The notes under the pieces were generated by a model, which saw only the letters and a program-made list of their open reading frames with translations, ran no database searches and had not been told where the DNA came from. DNA of 35,425 bases from IMG/VR virus record IMGVR_UViG_3300043777_000372. One strand, given 5' to 3'. This stretch comes from an uncultured virus (IMG/VR IMGVR_UViG_3300043777_000372). Taxonomy: Duplodnaviria > Heunggongvirae > Uroviricota > Caudoviricetes. The stretch's first letter is position 1. Every line of letters starts with the position of its first letter. The translations under genes were made by a program, and so were the position numbers. Shown in pieces: positions 1-8,636 of this stretch.

Positions 1-74
1 CGGGGCCCAACCCGTTCGACGCGCGTTTCTCGGCGGCATCGGGTCAGGGTATCAACGTCAGCGTATCCCACTGA
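1..74 (+). CDS. 3' end of an upstream gene (partial; ...GPNPFDARFSAASGQGINVSVSH*), possibly a head-tail adaptor
   Basis: Open frame from position 3 to TGA 72-74, overlapping the SD of the next gene; function guessed from position only. Confidence 0.4.
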   Translation, partial: GPNPFDARFSAASGQGINVSVSH

Positions 75-86
75 GGAGGGTTCCCC

Positions 87-518
87 ATGAATCGAATCGT
101 CGCGATGGTGTTTGCGGGCTTGCTCGTCGTCTACGGGGTCGTGTTCTTCGGTCACGAGTTCCCGAAGACGAGCGGCGAGTTCGAGGTCGCGCAGGCGACG
201 GTCGGGTGTGCGAATCCGAACGCCGTGAGTCCCGCGCCGCTCATCAATGCGAGCGAGCAGCTCGGCATGTGCATCCTCCAGGCGAGCGTCGCCGACCTGG
301 TCGACGCGATCGCGGCTCCCGCGACGCTCATCCCGGCGATCATCGGGTCGTGCATCCAGTACGGCGAAGCGACGGCCGCGCAGGTGGTGCAGCTCATCGA
401 GGAGTACTTCGCGTCGGCGCCGGCGGTGGACGGAGGGCTCGCGTTGTCGTCGACGCAGGCGGCGCGCCTCAAAAAGGTCCACGACGCCGCGAAAACGCTC
501 GTCGCAGCCGCCAAGTAG
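87..518 (+). CDS. hypothetical protein with N-terminal membrane anchor/signal peptide
   Basis: SD GAGGAGGG at 73-80; hydrophobic N-terminus; GC-rich third codon positions. Confidence 0.7.
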   Translation: MNRIVAMVFAGLLVVYGVVFFGHEFPKTSGEFEVAQATVGCANPNAVSPAPLINASEQLGMCILQASVADLVDAIAAPATLIPAIIGSCIQYGEATAAQVVQLIEEYFASAPAVDGGLALSSTQAARLKKVHDAAKTLVAAAK

Positions 519-533
519 GGGCCCCCAACGCCC

Positions 534-560
534 CGCCCACGCGCCCCGTGGGCGTGCTTT
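534..560 (+). terminator. possible intrinsic terminator
   Basis: 8-bp stem CGCCCACG/CGTGGGCG (534-541/547-554) followed by TGCTTT, just after the 518 stop. Confidence 0.4.
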
Positions 561-575
561 CGGGTGGGGGCGGGG

Positions 576-581
576 TAATCT
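576..581 (+). promoter_or_regulatory. leaderless-type -10 box (TAATCT-N6-ATG 588)
   Basis: Same hexamer-N6-start geometry seen at many other gene starts here; no SD before 588. Confidence 0.6.
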
Positions 582-587
582 GCCCCC

Positions 588-1187
588 ATGTCCCGAGTCC
601 GCCCTCTTGGGCCCCGCCACGCGCGGGAAAGCATCCTTCAGCGCGTCGCGCCGATCGTCGACAAGGCCCGGCAGATCGGGGTCCGTTCCGGGCTCCGGTC
701 GCGCCGGGTCTTTCTCGTGTGGACGACGTGGGACGGCGCGGAGCGGGGGGAGGGCAACGAGGTCGAGCTCTCGCGCATGGAGCTTCTACCCACGCCGCGG
801 GTGACGGGCCTTGACGCGGTGGCGATGCAGTCGTTCTCCGCGGGCGTGCTACCCGAGGGATCGATCCGCGTCGAGCTCGTGAGCGTGCTTTACACCGAGG
901 CTCAGCTCAACGGGTTCATCGTGCCCCCGAGCGAGCGGTGCCTCGCGCCGCTCGTGTGGAACCCGCCTCCGCCGAACGGGTCGTTCTTCTACGAGGTCGT
1001 GGAGGACGGCCGCGGCGACGTTCTTCCGACCCGGCAGAAGTACCGCCTCGCCTCGCAGGTGTGGCGGCGCGAGGGGCGCGTGTCGTGGAGCTTCGTATTG
1101 GAGCGAATCTCGGAGGACTCGACTACGGCGGGTCCTTCTCGGTTCGCTCCTGGTGGCGGGCCTCCGCGCGGCGACGCGTACGGGTGA
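588..1187 (+). CDS. putative phage neck/head-closure protein
   Basis: 199 aa; lies upstream of gp10-like, terminator-like and sheath genes; function from gene order. Confidence 0.55.
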   Translation: MSRVRPLGPRHARESILQRVAPIVDKARQIGVRSGLRSRRVFLVWTTWDGAERGEGNEVELSRMELLPTPRVTGLDAVAMQSFSAGVLPEGSIRVELVSVLYTEAQLNGFIVPPSERCLAPLVWNPPPPNGSFFYEVVEDGRGDVLPTRQKYRLASQVWRREGRVSWSFVLERISEDSTTAGPSRFAPGGGPPRGDAYG

Positions 1188-1190
1188 TGC

Positions 1191-1733
1191 GTGGCGAAGG
1201 TTTGGAAGCTCGCGGATGCGGGTTTGATGATCGACGCGATCAAGAAGGACGTGCACAAGGCGGCCATGGAAGGCTTGCTCGCTGCGGCATACCGGGTCGT
1301 CGCGCACATCGTCTCGACCGTCATCCCGTCTCGGCCGCATCCGCCGGTCGACCGCGGGGCGTACCGCGCGGGGTGGCGCGCGAGAAAGGACCGCGAGGGG
1401 GCGATCGTGGAGAACGTCGCCCCGCACGCCGCGGTCGTCGAGTACGGAGCTCGCGCGGCGAACATCAAGATCGGTCGAGCGATGATCACGGCGCTGGCCG
1501 CGTGGGTGAAGCGCAAGGGGATCGGCGGTCGGATCGTGACGAGCAAGGACGGGAGCACTCGTCACATCAAGGCGACGAACACCGAAGCGACGAGCATCGC
1601 GTGGGCGATCGCGATGTCGATGAAGAAGAAAGGCATCTTCCCGCCGAAAGGGCTGCGCGTGCTCGAGGAGGCGTCGAAAGAGATCCCGAAGTACATGCGC
1701 GAGGAGATCGGCCGTCGGCTCGAGAAGATCTAG
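1191..1733 (+). CDS. putative neck/tail-completion protein (HK97 gp10-like)
   Basis: Basic 180-aa protein with PVDRGAYRAGW and PHAAVVEYG, resembling the PVDTG.LR.S and YA..VE.GT motifs of this family. Confidence 0.65.
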   Translation: MAKVWKLADAGLMIDAIKKDVHKAAMEGLLAAAYRVVAHIVSTVIPSRPHPPVDRGAYRAGWRARKDREGAIVENVAPHAAVVEYGARAANIKIGRAMITALAAWVKRKGIGGRIVTSKDGSTRHIKATNTEATSIAWAIAMSMKKKGIFPPKGLRVLEEASKEIPKYMREEIGRRLEKI

Positions 1734-2026
1734 TCGTCGGCCTTGCGCTTCTTGGGCGGTGGGTCTTCGACGATGCGCGCGCGGGGTTGGGCGCGGACGC
1801 ATGACGGGCAGATGCGCGGCATGCGGCCGCCACCGGCGATGCGAAACACGCGCCTGCGGTCCTTGTACGTCGGGTGCGCGCCGCACTCGTACCGTAGCTC
1901 GCTCAGCGACTTGTTGTTGTCCTCGTAGCCCTTGACCGCGAGGAGGTGGTTTTGGTCGCCCCAGATCGTCACGTCGACGAACGGCCTCGGCTCGGTCTTC
2001 GCGAGGGGCGGAAGCTTCCGTCTCAC
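1730..2026 (-). CDS. hypothetical protein, possibly Zn-binding (98 aa)
   Basis: GTG start overlaps the TGA of the 2023-2226 gene (GTGA); contains ECGAH...CPSC; stop overlaps the gp10-like stop. Confidence 0.6.
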   Translation of the reverse strand: MRRKLPPLAKTEPRPFVDVTIWGDQNHLLAVKGYEDNNKSLSELRYECGAHPTYKDRRRVFRIAGGGRMPRICPSCVRAQPRARIVEDPPPKKRKADD

Positions 2027-2226
2027 GTGGGTTCGGTCCGGTAGGGTTTCAAGCTCGCGTCGTACACGTCGTTCAGCATGTGGACGACGGCGCGGTCCCA
2101 TTCGCACGGCGAACTGCCGTCGTGAAAAGCAGCGAGTGCGAACCCGTTTCCGTCGATGAGGACACCGTCCTTTCGGAGCCTATACGGACCGTGCGCCTCG
2201 ATGAGTTCGCGTTGCTCCTTCGTCAT
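2023..2226 (-). CDS. hypothetical protein (67 aa)
   Basis: Fills the gap between + genes; preceded by gcggCATCAT-N6-ATG. Confidence 0.7.
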   Translation of the reverse strand: MTKEQRELIEAHGPYRLRKDGVLIDGNGFALAAFHDGSSPCEWDRAVVHMLNDVYDASLKPYRTEPT

Positions 2227-2232
2227 ACGGAG

Positions 2233-2248
2233 ATGATGCCGCTAGAGT
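2233..2248. promoter_or_regulatory. back-to-back -10 boxes (CATCAT on -, TAGAGT on +) without the palindrome
   Basis: CATCAT(-) 2233-2238 is 6 nt from ATG 2226; TAGAGT(+) 2243-2248 is 7 nt from GTG 2256. Confidence 0.55.
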
Positions 2249-2255
2249 GTCCTTC

Positions 2256-3119
2256 GTGAACCGCCCTCCGCGTGATCCGCCGCTTCCGCCGTACCGCGAC
2301 GCGTCCCCGGGGACGCCGGCGGCGCAGCCCCCGATCCCGCCGGGTCCTCAGCCGACGCCCATCCTGAACCCTCCGCAGGCGCCGACGCCGGCGCAGCTGA
2401 TCCAAGGCACTCCGATCGGGCAGGTCTTTCCCGGACGAGGCAATCCGGGCAATCCGCCATTGGACGGACGTACAGCGGCGCTGCGCGTGCTCGGCGCGTA
2501 CCTGACGGGCCTGGTCTTCTGCCGACCGGGTCAGGTGGGTGGGAACCCGGTGTTCTTCTCGATCCCGCCCGAGAACTTCTACGAGGAACGACCGGGGCCC
2601 GAGGAGGATCTCAACTTCCCGAGCATCGCGTGCATGAACGGCGACGTGACGAACAGGCCTCGAGGCATGGGCCCGATGCGCGCGAACGCGGCGACGAAGG
2701 ACGTGTTCGGCATCGGCACGGTGCTCGTCCCTCAGGAGGAACGCGAGGAGGTCATCCCGCTGGAGGTGTGGTCGAGCCAGCTCCCCGAGCTCCGCGGGAT
2801 GGTCGCGAAGCTCGAGCAGGCGTTCAACCCCACCGCCGAGCGGCAAGGGTTCATCGTGGTGATGCCCGACTACTACGGGCAGACCGCGCGCTTCATGCTC
2901 GAGCGGGTGGAGTGGCCCGACGACGGCGCCGTGAAAAACCGGCGCATGTGTCGCCTGTACGTGTTCGTCGCGTTCGATGTCGTGCGCCTGGTGAACTACG
3001 TCGAGACGACCGTGGCGGCGCAGGCCGATACCGAGATCCCCGCGTACGCGAACCCTCTCGTCGTTCCTCCGAACCCAGCGACCGGTGGCGCGGTGTACCC
3101 GTCAGGGCCGAGGTCGTGA
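2256..3119 (+). CDS. putative tail terminator/neck protein with Pro-rich N-terminus (alternative start 2247)
   Basis: Long ORF between the gp10-like gene and the sheath; function from gene order only. Confidence 0.55.
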   Translation: MNRPPRDPPLPPYRDASPGTPAAQPPIPPGPQPTPILNPPQAPTPAQLIQGTPIGQVFPGRGNPGNPPLDGRTAALRVLGAYLTGLVFCRPGQVGGNPVFFSIPPENFYEERPGPEEDLNFPSIACMNGDVTNRPRGMGPMRANAATKDVFGIGTVLVPQEEREEVIPLEVWSSQLPELRGMVAKLEQAFNPTAERQGFIVVMPDYYGQTARFMLERVEWPDDGAVKNRRMCRLYVFVAFDVVRLVNYVETTVAAQADTEIPAYANPLVVPPNPATGGAVYPSGPRS

Positions 3120-3493
3120 TCGGAAACTCGCAGTGGCCGGCGCAGACCAGTGGCCCGTGGCGTCTCCTTGCGCCGACGCAGTACGTGAGCATCTACGTCG
3201 TGTACGAACCCGCGTGGGGTTCGTACGATTCGAATGTCGCCGGCGAGTTTCGACGTGAGGTGGACCTCAACCGGCTTCGGATCGCGTCGGGCGTTCGGTA
3301 CTACCGATGCTCGGCAAAAGGCCCGTGCTGTCCACCGGTGACCCTCGAGCTTTCGACGCGACGCCCGCTGCCGGTGCTCCCGAAGGCGGTGTTGCTCCCC
3401 AAGAGCGCCCCCCAAGCGCGCGCTGCGATGCGCGAACGACGTCCCGTACGGTCGCGACCAGGATTCGTGAAAGTGAGGTCGACCTCACTTTGA
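3116..3493 (+). CDS. possible hypothetical protein (125 aa)
   Basis: GTGA overlap with the upstream stop; ends just after palindrome 3470-3491; no recognisable motif. Confidence 0.35.
   Translation: MIGNSQWPAQTSGPWRLLAPTQYVSIYVVYEPAWGSYDSNVAGEFRREVDLNRLRIASGVRYYRCSAKGPCCPPVTLELSTRRPLPVLPKAVLLPKSAPQARAAMRERRPVRSRPGFVKVRSTSL
3252..3273. repeat. degenerate copy of the 22-bp palindrome
   Basis: GACGTGAGGTGGACCTCAACCG; core GTGAGGTgGACCTCA has one mismatch. Confidence 0.45.
3470..3491. repeat. 22-bp palindrome, perfect copy (upstream of sheath)
   Basis: AAAGTGAGGTCGACCTCACTTT read directly. Confidence 0.95.
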
Positions 3494-3637
3494 CCCGTCC
3501 CTTGGTTTGCTTCGGAAGCGGACGCTCTGACATGCTCCGCCGCAGATAGAGCCACCCATCACCGAACCGGCGCGGGTAAAAACAGCCGGGTAACGCGGGT
3601 AGCGAAGTCGCGATGAGCACGGCGGAGGCTTCCACCC

Positions 3638-5917
3638 ATGTCAATCGGATTCACGAGGCGCTGGACCTACGATCCCGGTAACTCGGTCCTTACCCAGATC
3701 GAAGGGGTGATGATCCTCGACCGGAGCCCCCCGGCGAACATCATCGGGGTAGGCACGGGGACGACGGCAATCGTCGGCGAGTTCGAGAACGGCCCTTTTG
3801 GTGTGACCACCGAGGTCACGAGTGCGACCCAGCTCGCCGCGGTCTTCGGCGGCTTCGGGTACACCTACAACGGCATCGTCGGGCAGAACCCGAGCGCGCG
3901 TCAGCGCTTCGGCGACGGCGCGGTCCTCGCCGAGTACTGGAACGGCAACGGGGCCGTGCAGTTGAACGGCAAGACGTTCTCGCGCCTGCTCATCATGCGG
4001 GTGAACACGTCGTGCGGCGCGGTGCAGTTCACGCGGCAGGCGAACCTTCTCGGTGGGCAGAGTTTCTCCTACCAGCTCACGAGCGGGCAGCACCTCGACA
4101 TCTCGATCGACGGCGCTTCGGCGACGGTCGTGACGTTCACGGGCGTCGCGGCCACCGTCACCAGCGGTTCGCAGACGTACGCCGCGATTACGGCGGGGAT
4201 GACGTTGCAGCTCGGCGCGGACGCGATGCCGAACTTCACGGTCGTCTTCCAGGCGACCGACACGACCCAGGCGGCCGTGATCGCGCGCATCAACCAGTTC
4301 GCCGGCTTCACCATGGCGGCGACGGTGTCCGGCACGACCATCTCGCTCACCGGGCTTCAGAAGGGCACCGGTGGCCAGGTGCGCGTGCTCGGCGGCACGG
4401 CTGCGGGCTCGGGCGTCCTGAACTTCACGGTCGCCAACACGAACGGCACGGGCAACGTCGCGAACATCGCGTCGGTCGCTCCGAGCGAGCTCAACACGGC
4501 GGTTGCGCTCGCCACGACGAACGCGGTGCTCGTGGAGCAGCTGCCCAGCGGACAGCTGCGCATGTACCTCGTGAGCAGCAACCCCGCGACTGACACGTTG
4601 AAGATCGCGTCGACGACGACGGCGCTCGCCTTCGGGTTCCCGATCGGGGTGACGGACGCGGCGTCGACGGGCAACGCGGGCGTGATTCCCGCGGGCACGA
4701 TCGTTGGCGTGTCGGGTGGGAACCAGTACGTCACGATGCAGAGCATCACCGTCACGGCGACGGCGCAGACGGGCATTACGCCCAGCGGCGCGGGTCCCTA
4801 CTCGGTGCCCATCCGGCCGGCGACCGACGACGACCTCACCGTGACCACGGGCGCGCTCGTGAACACGGTGACGGTCATCAACCCGCTGAGCGTGATCACG
4901 CTCGACAGCTACGCGGTGACGAACCCGTTGCCCGTGGCTGTTCCGTTGACCGAGAGCGCGATCGACGCGGCGTACGTGAACGCCATGGCGCTCATGACGA
5001 ACCCGCAGGACGTGTCGCACGACATCAACATCATCTGGTCGGCGCGGCAGTCGGACGCGATCCGGCAGGCGCTCAAGGTCCAGGTGCAGCAGGTCGGCGA
5101 CGGCGGTGGTCTGGGTGTGCTCGGGCGCGTCGCGGTCATCCGTCCGCCCATCGGCACGCTGGCGAGCCAGGCCGAGAGCTCGGTGGCGCAGCCGGGCGTC
5201 GGCGCGTACTCGTACGAGCGGATCATCTACACCTACCCGGGGGTGACGACGAGCATCCCCGCGATCGCGACCATCGGGCTCGCGGGTGGGACGGGCTTCA
5301 CGGCGACCGGCGTGGTCACCGTCGGCGCCGATGGTTTCCTCTGCTCGGTCATGAGCAACCTCCCGCCCGAGGACAACCCCGGACAGCTCACGGCGTTCAC
5401 GGGTGCGGCGATCGCGCTCGAGCCGAACGTGAACGGCGGCGTCGCTTTGGCGCTGCAGGACTACATCAACTTCAAGGCGAACGGGATCTGTGCGGCGAAG
5501 TTCTCGTACGGAACGCTCATCTTCCAGAGCGGCGTGACGAGTGTGAACCCTGCGAACTACCCGCAGCTCGCGCCCATCCACCGCCGGCGCATGGCGGACT
5601 TCATTCAGGACTCGCTGGCGACGGCGCTCGATCCGTACTCGAAGCAGCTCATGACCCTCGCCTTGCAGCAGGCACTTACGGTCATGGTGCGCGGGTTCCT
5701 CCTCGGGCTTCTGTCGCCGACGAACCTGAACCAGCAGCGCATCGCGGGCTTCTTCCTCGACACGAAGACGCCGAACCTCGCGCCCCCGGGCGGTGTGTCG
5801 CCGACGAGCCTAGGCATCTTCCGGATGCTCATCCTCGTGACGACCTCGCCGACGATGGACGACATCGCGCTCGACACCCAGATCGGCGACGACGTCGTCA
5901 CCACGCAGACCAGCTAG
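3638..5917 (+). CDS. contractile tail sheath protein
   Basis: 759 aa; SD GGAGG; N-terminal GVGTGTTAIVGEFENGP and C-terminal IHRRRMADFIQDSL segments typical of sheaths; followed by a tube-sized gene. Confidence 0.9.
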   Translation: MSIGFTRRWTYDPGNSVLTQIEGVMILDRSPPANIIGVGTGTTAIVGEFENGPFGVTTEVTSATQLAAVFGGFGYTYNGIVGQNPSARQRFGDGAVLAEYWNGNGAVQLNGKTFSRLLIMRVNTSCGAVQFTRQANLLGGQSFSYQLTSGQHLDISIDGASATVVTFTGVAATVTSGSQTYAAITAGMTLQLGADAMPNFTVVFQATDTTQAAVIARINQFAGFTMAATVSGTTISLTGLQKGTGGQVRVLGGTAAGSGVLNFTVANTNGTGNVANIASVAPSELNTAVALATTNAVLVEQLPSGQLRMYLVSSNPATDTLKIASTTTALAFGFPIGVTDAASTGNAGVIPAGTIVGVSGGNQYVTMQSITVTATAQTGITPSGAGPYSVPIRPATDDDLTVTTGALVNTVTVINPLSVITLDSYAVTNPLPVAVPLTESAIDAAYVNAMALMTNPQDVSHDINIIWSARQSDAIRQALKVQVQQVGDGGGLGVLGRVAVIRPPIGTLASQAESSVAQPGVGAYSYERIIYTYPGVTTSIPAIATIGLAGGTGFTATGVVTVGADGFLCSVMSNLPPEDNPGQLTAFTGAAIALEPNVNGGVALALQDYINFKANGICAAKFSYGTLIFQSGVTSVNPANYPQLAPIHRRRMADFIQDSLATALDPYSKQLMTLALQQALTVMVRGFLLGLLSPTNLNQQRIAGFFLDTKTPNLAPPGGVSPTSLGIFRMLILVTTSPTMDDIALDTQIGDDVVTTQTS

Positions 5918-5938
5918 CGCCGGAGGAGGCGAAACACC

Positions 5939-6376
5939 GTGGCAACGAACCAGAGAATTCGAGGCGCAGACGTCGCGATCGCGGTGACGGCGTTGAACGC
6001 GCTCGTCGATACGTTCACGACGATCGACAGCTTCGGGTCGACGTTCAAGTTCGAGAAGCTCATCCAGCGATACCTCGGCGAGCAGACGGTCCGCACCGAC
6101 GAGATCTTTGCCGGCGTCGAAGGGAAGATGAAGCTCCACCTCTGGGACGAGGAGTTTTTGAGCTTCATCCTGCAGATCCAGTCGCGCGCCGAGCGCGTCA
6201 CGCCGACGAGCGTGTTCAACATCGTCGCGACGATGAACTTCCCGAACGGGGAGGAGCCGGTCATCAGCTACCCCGATGTGAACTTCGGGGACATCCCGCT
6301 CGAGATGCCGAACGGCAAGGATTACGTCGCGATGGATCTCGACTTCATTTGCAGCGAATTCGACGTGCAGCTGTAG
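5939..6376 (+). CDS. tail tube protein
   Basis: 145 aa, beta-rich, directly after the sheath; strong SD GGAGGAGG. Confidence 0.8.
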   Translation: MATNQRIRGADVAIAVTALNALVDTFTTIDSFGSTFKFEKLIQRYLGEQTVRTDEIFAGVEGKMKLHLWDEEFLSFILQIQSRAERVTPTSVFNIVATMNFPNGEEPVISYPDVNFGDIPLEMPNGKDYVAMDLDFICSEFDVQL

Positions 6377-6397
6377 GCGAGCGCACGCAAGAAGTCA

Positions 6398-6489
6398 GGC
6401 GAGATAGGGGGGCCGGTGAGGTTGGAACGCGCGGGTCCTCGCCGCGTTACCCTCCTCCTCTCCGGCTTCACCGGTCCCTTTATCTCGCT
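6398..6489 (+). other. long RNA hairpin (29-bp stem, 7 G-U pairs) between convergent genes
   Basis: 6398-6426 pairs without interruption with 6461-6489 when G-U is allowed on the + strand. Confidence 0.7.
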
Positions 6490-6743
6490 CGTTTCGTGAA
6501 CCATTCGAAGAAGTCGTCGGGGTCGGGCGGCTCCGTGTGTCGCACGGCCGCGCGCAGTCGCGCGTTCTCCGCGTGCAAGCGTTTGAGATCCTGCGCCGCG
6601 GCGCGCGCCTTGACGATGAGGTTCGTATCGACCATCCACCGGCATACGAGCATCGCGGCGTTGCGTCGCTCCTCATCGCTTCCGGTGCCTGCGTGTGTGG
6701 CGATCGCGAGCAGCTTCTCGATGACGGCGATCTTGGTAGGCAT
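6480..6743 (-). CDS. DUF2786-like small protein
   Basis: KIAVIEKLLAIATHAGTGSDEERRNAA resembles the DUF2786 helical motif (KI.KLLALA....N..EA..A). Confidence 0.6.
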   Translation of the reverse strand: MPTKIAVIEKLLAIATHAGTGSDEERRNAAMLVCRWMVDTNLIVKARAAAQDLKRLHAENARLRAAVRHTEPPDPDDFFEWFTKRAR

Positions 6744-6983
6744 CTAGTTCTCGGTCGGATCGACGTTGCTCATGCTCATACCGAGCCGGACCGCTTCGGC
6801 GGCTTGAACGAACACGGGGCGGTGGACCGGGCAGAGGTCGAGGAGCACGCGGTCCAGGCGGCGACCGTTGGCCAAGATCGCAAGCACGACGATGACGGAC
6901 ACGCCCGGGGTCGCACGCGTGGGGTCTTCCCGGTTCGTGGTGTCGGCGTGGCACGCGACGCACTGCGATTCGTCGTCGCTCAT
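6744..6983 (-). CDS. hypothetical protein, CxxC...CxxH (79 aa)
   Basis: ATG 6983 preceded by gcggCATCAT-N6; stop abuts the next start. Confidence 0.65.
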   Translation of the reverse strand: MSDDESQCVACHADTTNREDPTRATPGVSVIVVLAILANGRRLDRVLLDLCPVHRPVFVQAAEAVRLGMSMSNVDPTEN

Positions 6984-7000
6984 GAGCGGATGATGCCGCG

Positions 7001-7022
7001 GGGTTGAGGTCGACTCCGAATC
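7001..7022. repeat. degenerate palindrome copy between divergent -10 boxes
   Basis: GGGTTGAGGTCGACTCCGAATC; flanked by CATCAT(-) 6990-6995 and TAGCTT(+) 7026-7031. Confidence 0.6.
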
Positions 7023-7060
7023 GGGTAGCTTGCCGAGTCGAGAGAGGACGGAGGGACCCC

Positions 7061-7735
7061 ATGACCAAGACTGCGAGACAGCTGGAGGCGCCGCCGTTGC
7101 CGGCCGCGCCGATGACCGACACCCCGAAGAAGCGACGAGACCTCGCCTACGTGCAGCAGGCGCTACGCGCGAACGCGCGCGCCGAGCAGGGTGAACAGGG
7201 GGACGATGGGGTCGACGACGAGGTCCCGGAGCCCGGCGAGGAGGACGTCGAAACACCCCCGTCCGTCGCTCAGGCGGCCGCCAACGGGGTCCAGAACCCG
7301 GCGACGGGGTTTGGCCCGCCCGAGTGGTTCAAGATGCCTCCAGGGGGCTTACCGGCGGACATCGAGCCCGGTTCGGCCGTCGGCTTCATGAAGTTCCCCG
7401 TGTGGGTGACGGGAGCTCCCCAGAAGGGCGAGCGGCAGTGCGCGCTGCGCCCGCTCACCCCGGCGCTCGAGCGGTTCGCGCGGCAGGCCACGAAGGGGGA
7501 CAAGACGGGCTACGAGACGACGGCGAACCTCGCGAAGATGATGATCTGCGTCGTGGACGGCGCCCTCCCCGAGCTGTTCAAGGCGGGGCACGCGTCGGTC
7601 AACCACTTCTGGGCGGAGATCGGGCCGAAGGCGCGGCAGGCGATCGTCACGTTCTATCTGCAGACGCATCAGTTTACGCAGGCGGAACGCGACCGTTTTT
7701 TAGCGGACTGTTTGGCGGTCCGGACGGTCGGGTAG
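7061..7735 (+). CDS. tail assembly chaperone (gpG-like)
   Basis: SD GGAGGG; lies between tube and tape measure; in-frame slippery heptamer near its 3' end. Confidence 0.75.
   Translation: MTKTARQLEAPPLPAAPMTDTPKKRRDLAYVQQALRANARAEQGEQGDDGVDDEVPEPGEEDVETPPSVAQAAANGVQNPATGFGPPEWFKMPPGGLPADIEPGSAVGFMKFPVWVTGAPQKGERQCALRPLTPALERFARQATKGDKTGYETTANLAKMMICVVDGALPELFKAGHASVNHFWAEIGPKARQAIVTFYLQTHQFTQAERDRFLADCLAVRTVG
7696..7702 (+). other. programmed -1 frameshift site T TTT TTA
   Basis: In-frame X XXY YYZ heptamer; the -1 frame is open to 7971. Confidence 0.8.
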
Positions 7736-7971
7736 GGCACCGCTACCGCCGGTGGGCGGAGGAGCTTTGGTCGACGCCGGCGACGGTGATGTCGATTGAC
7801 GGGGAGGAGCTCGTTCGCGCTCGCCGGCGACAGATGGTGTACCTCGACCACTACGGCAGCACGCCGATGCATGCGTGGGAGAACCGGAGCGTGCTCGCGC
7901 TCGAGGACGCCTACGCCGAGATGAACCGGATCATCGGCCGCGAGAACGGCGAGACGGTTTCGGACGACTAG
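7699..7971 (+). CDS. frameshift extension (gpT part of the gpGT-like chaperone)
   Basis: -1 frame reads ...FSGLFGGPDGRVGHRYRRWAEELW...TVSDD*; matches the conserved G/GT arrangement of long-tailed phages. Confidence 0.7.
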   Translation, partial: FSGLFGGPDGRVGHRYRRWAEELWSTPATVMSIDGEELVRARRRQMVYLDHYGSTPMHAWENRSVLALEDAYAEMNRIIGRENGETVSDD

Positions 7972-8405
7972 AACCGATCCCGCCCGTCCTTGTGCGGATC
8001 GTGCACGCGTTGCCCGTGGACGAGCCAGCACTCGTCGAGCTCGTGCAACACGAGCCGACGCACGATGCCGTAGAGAAGCTCCTCGTGCGGGATGCGGTTG
8101 AACAGGTCCATGTTGAATCGCTCGGAGAACACGACATCGATCATGAGTTCGGGATTGAGGCGGTCCTTCACGTACGTGGTGACTTCGATGACGACGATGT
8201 CCGCGTATGGGGCTGGGATGATCCTCGACTCGATGCGCATGGGCAGGGGGAAACGGGAGACATCGAGTCCTTCGATGGGCGAAGGGTAGGCATTCAACGG
8301 AATGCGAAGGGGAAGGGGAGGCGGTTGTCGGTCGTGCTCTTCGATGACGACCTTCGGCATATCCTTCATCCAGCTGCCCTTGCCGATGAACCGGTTGTCG
8401 TTCAT
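7968..8405 (-). CDS. hypothetical protein (145 aa)
   Basis: ATG 8405 preceded by gcggCATTCT-N6; C-terminal LHELDECW...HDPH putative metal ligands. Confidence 0.7.
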   Translation of the reverse strand: MNDNRFIGKGSWMKDMPKVVIEEHDRQPPPLPLRIPLNAYPSPIEGLDVSRFPLPMRIESRIIPAPYADIVVIEVTTYVKDRLNPELMIDVVFSERFNMDLFNRIPHEELLYGIVRRLVLHELDECWLVHGQRVHDPHKDGRDRF

Positions 8406-8421
8406 CCGATGAGAATGCCGC

Positions 8422-8443
8422 GAAGTGAGGTCGACCTCACTTT
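8422..8443. repeat. 22-bp palindrome (1 mismatch) at the centre of a symmetric divergent promoter
   Basis: GAAGTGAGGTCGACCTCACTTT; 4 nt to TAGCGT(+) and 4 nt to CATTCT(-), each 6 nt from a start codon. Confidence 0.95.
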
Positions 8444-8459
8444 CCGGTAGCGTCGCGTC

Positions 8460-8636
8460 GTGCCCCTCGTGTCGAAAAAACAGCGCCGGTGGATGCACAC
8501 CAACGAGCCCGAGATGGCCGAGCGGTGGGAAGCGGAGACGCCCGACAAGCCGTTGCCCGAATCCGCGCCGAAGGACGACGACAAGAAAAAGAAGCCGAAC
8601 AAGCTCGCGCGGTGGGCGAAGAAGGGCGCTGACTGA
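8460..8636 (+). CDS. small basic protein, 58 aa (MPLVSKKQRRWMHTNEPEMAERWE...KKKKPNKLARWAKKGAD); not in the ORF track
   Basis: GTG 6 nt after TAGCGT; TGA overlaps the tape-measure ATG (TGATG). Confidence 0.75.
   Translation: MPLVSKKQRRWMHTNEPEMAERWEAETPDKPLPESAPKDDDKKKKPNKLARWAKKGAD

Noticed and set aside
3470..3491. Palindrome as an intrinsic terminator
   Set aside because: No loop and only three T's that are part of the stem; fixed phasing to downstream starts at other copies fits a DNA site better.
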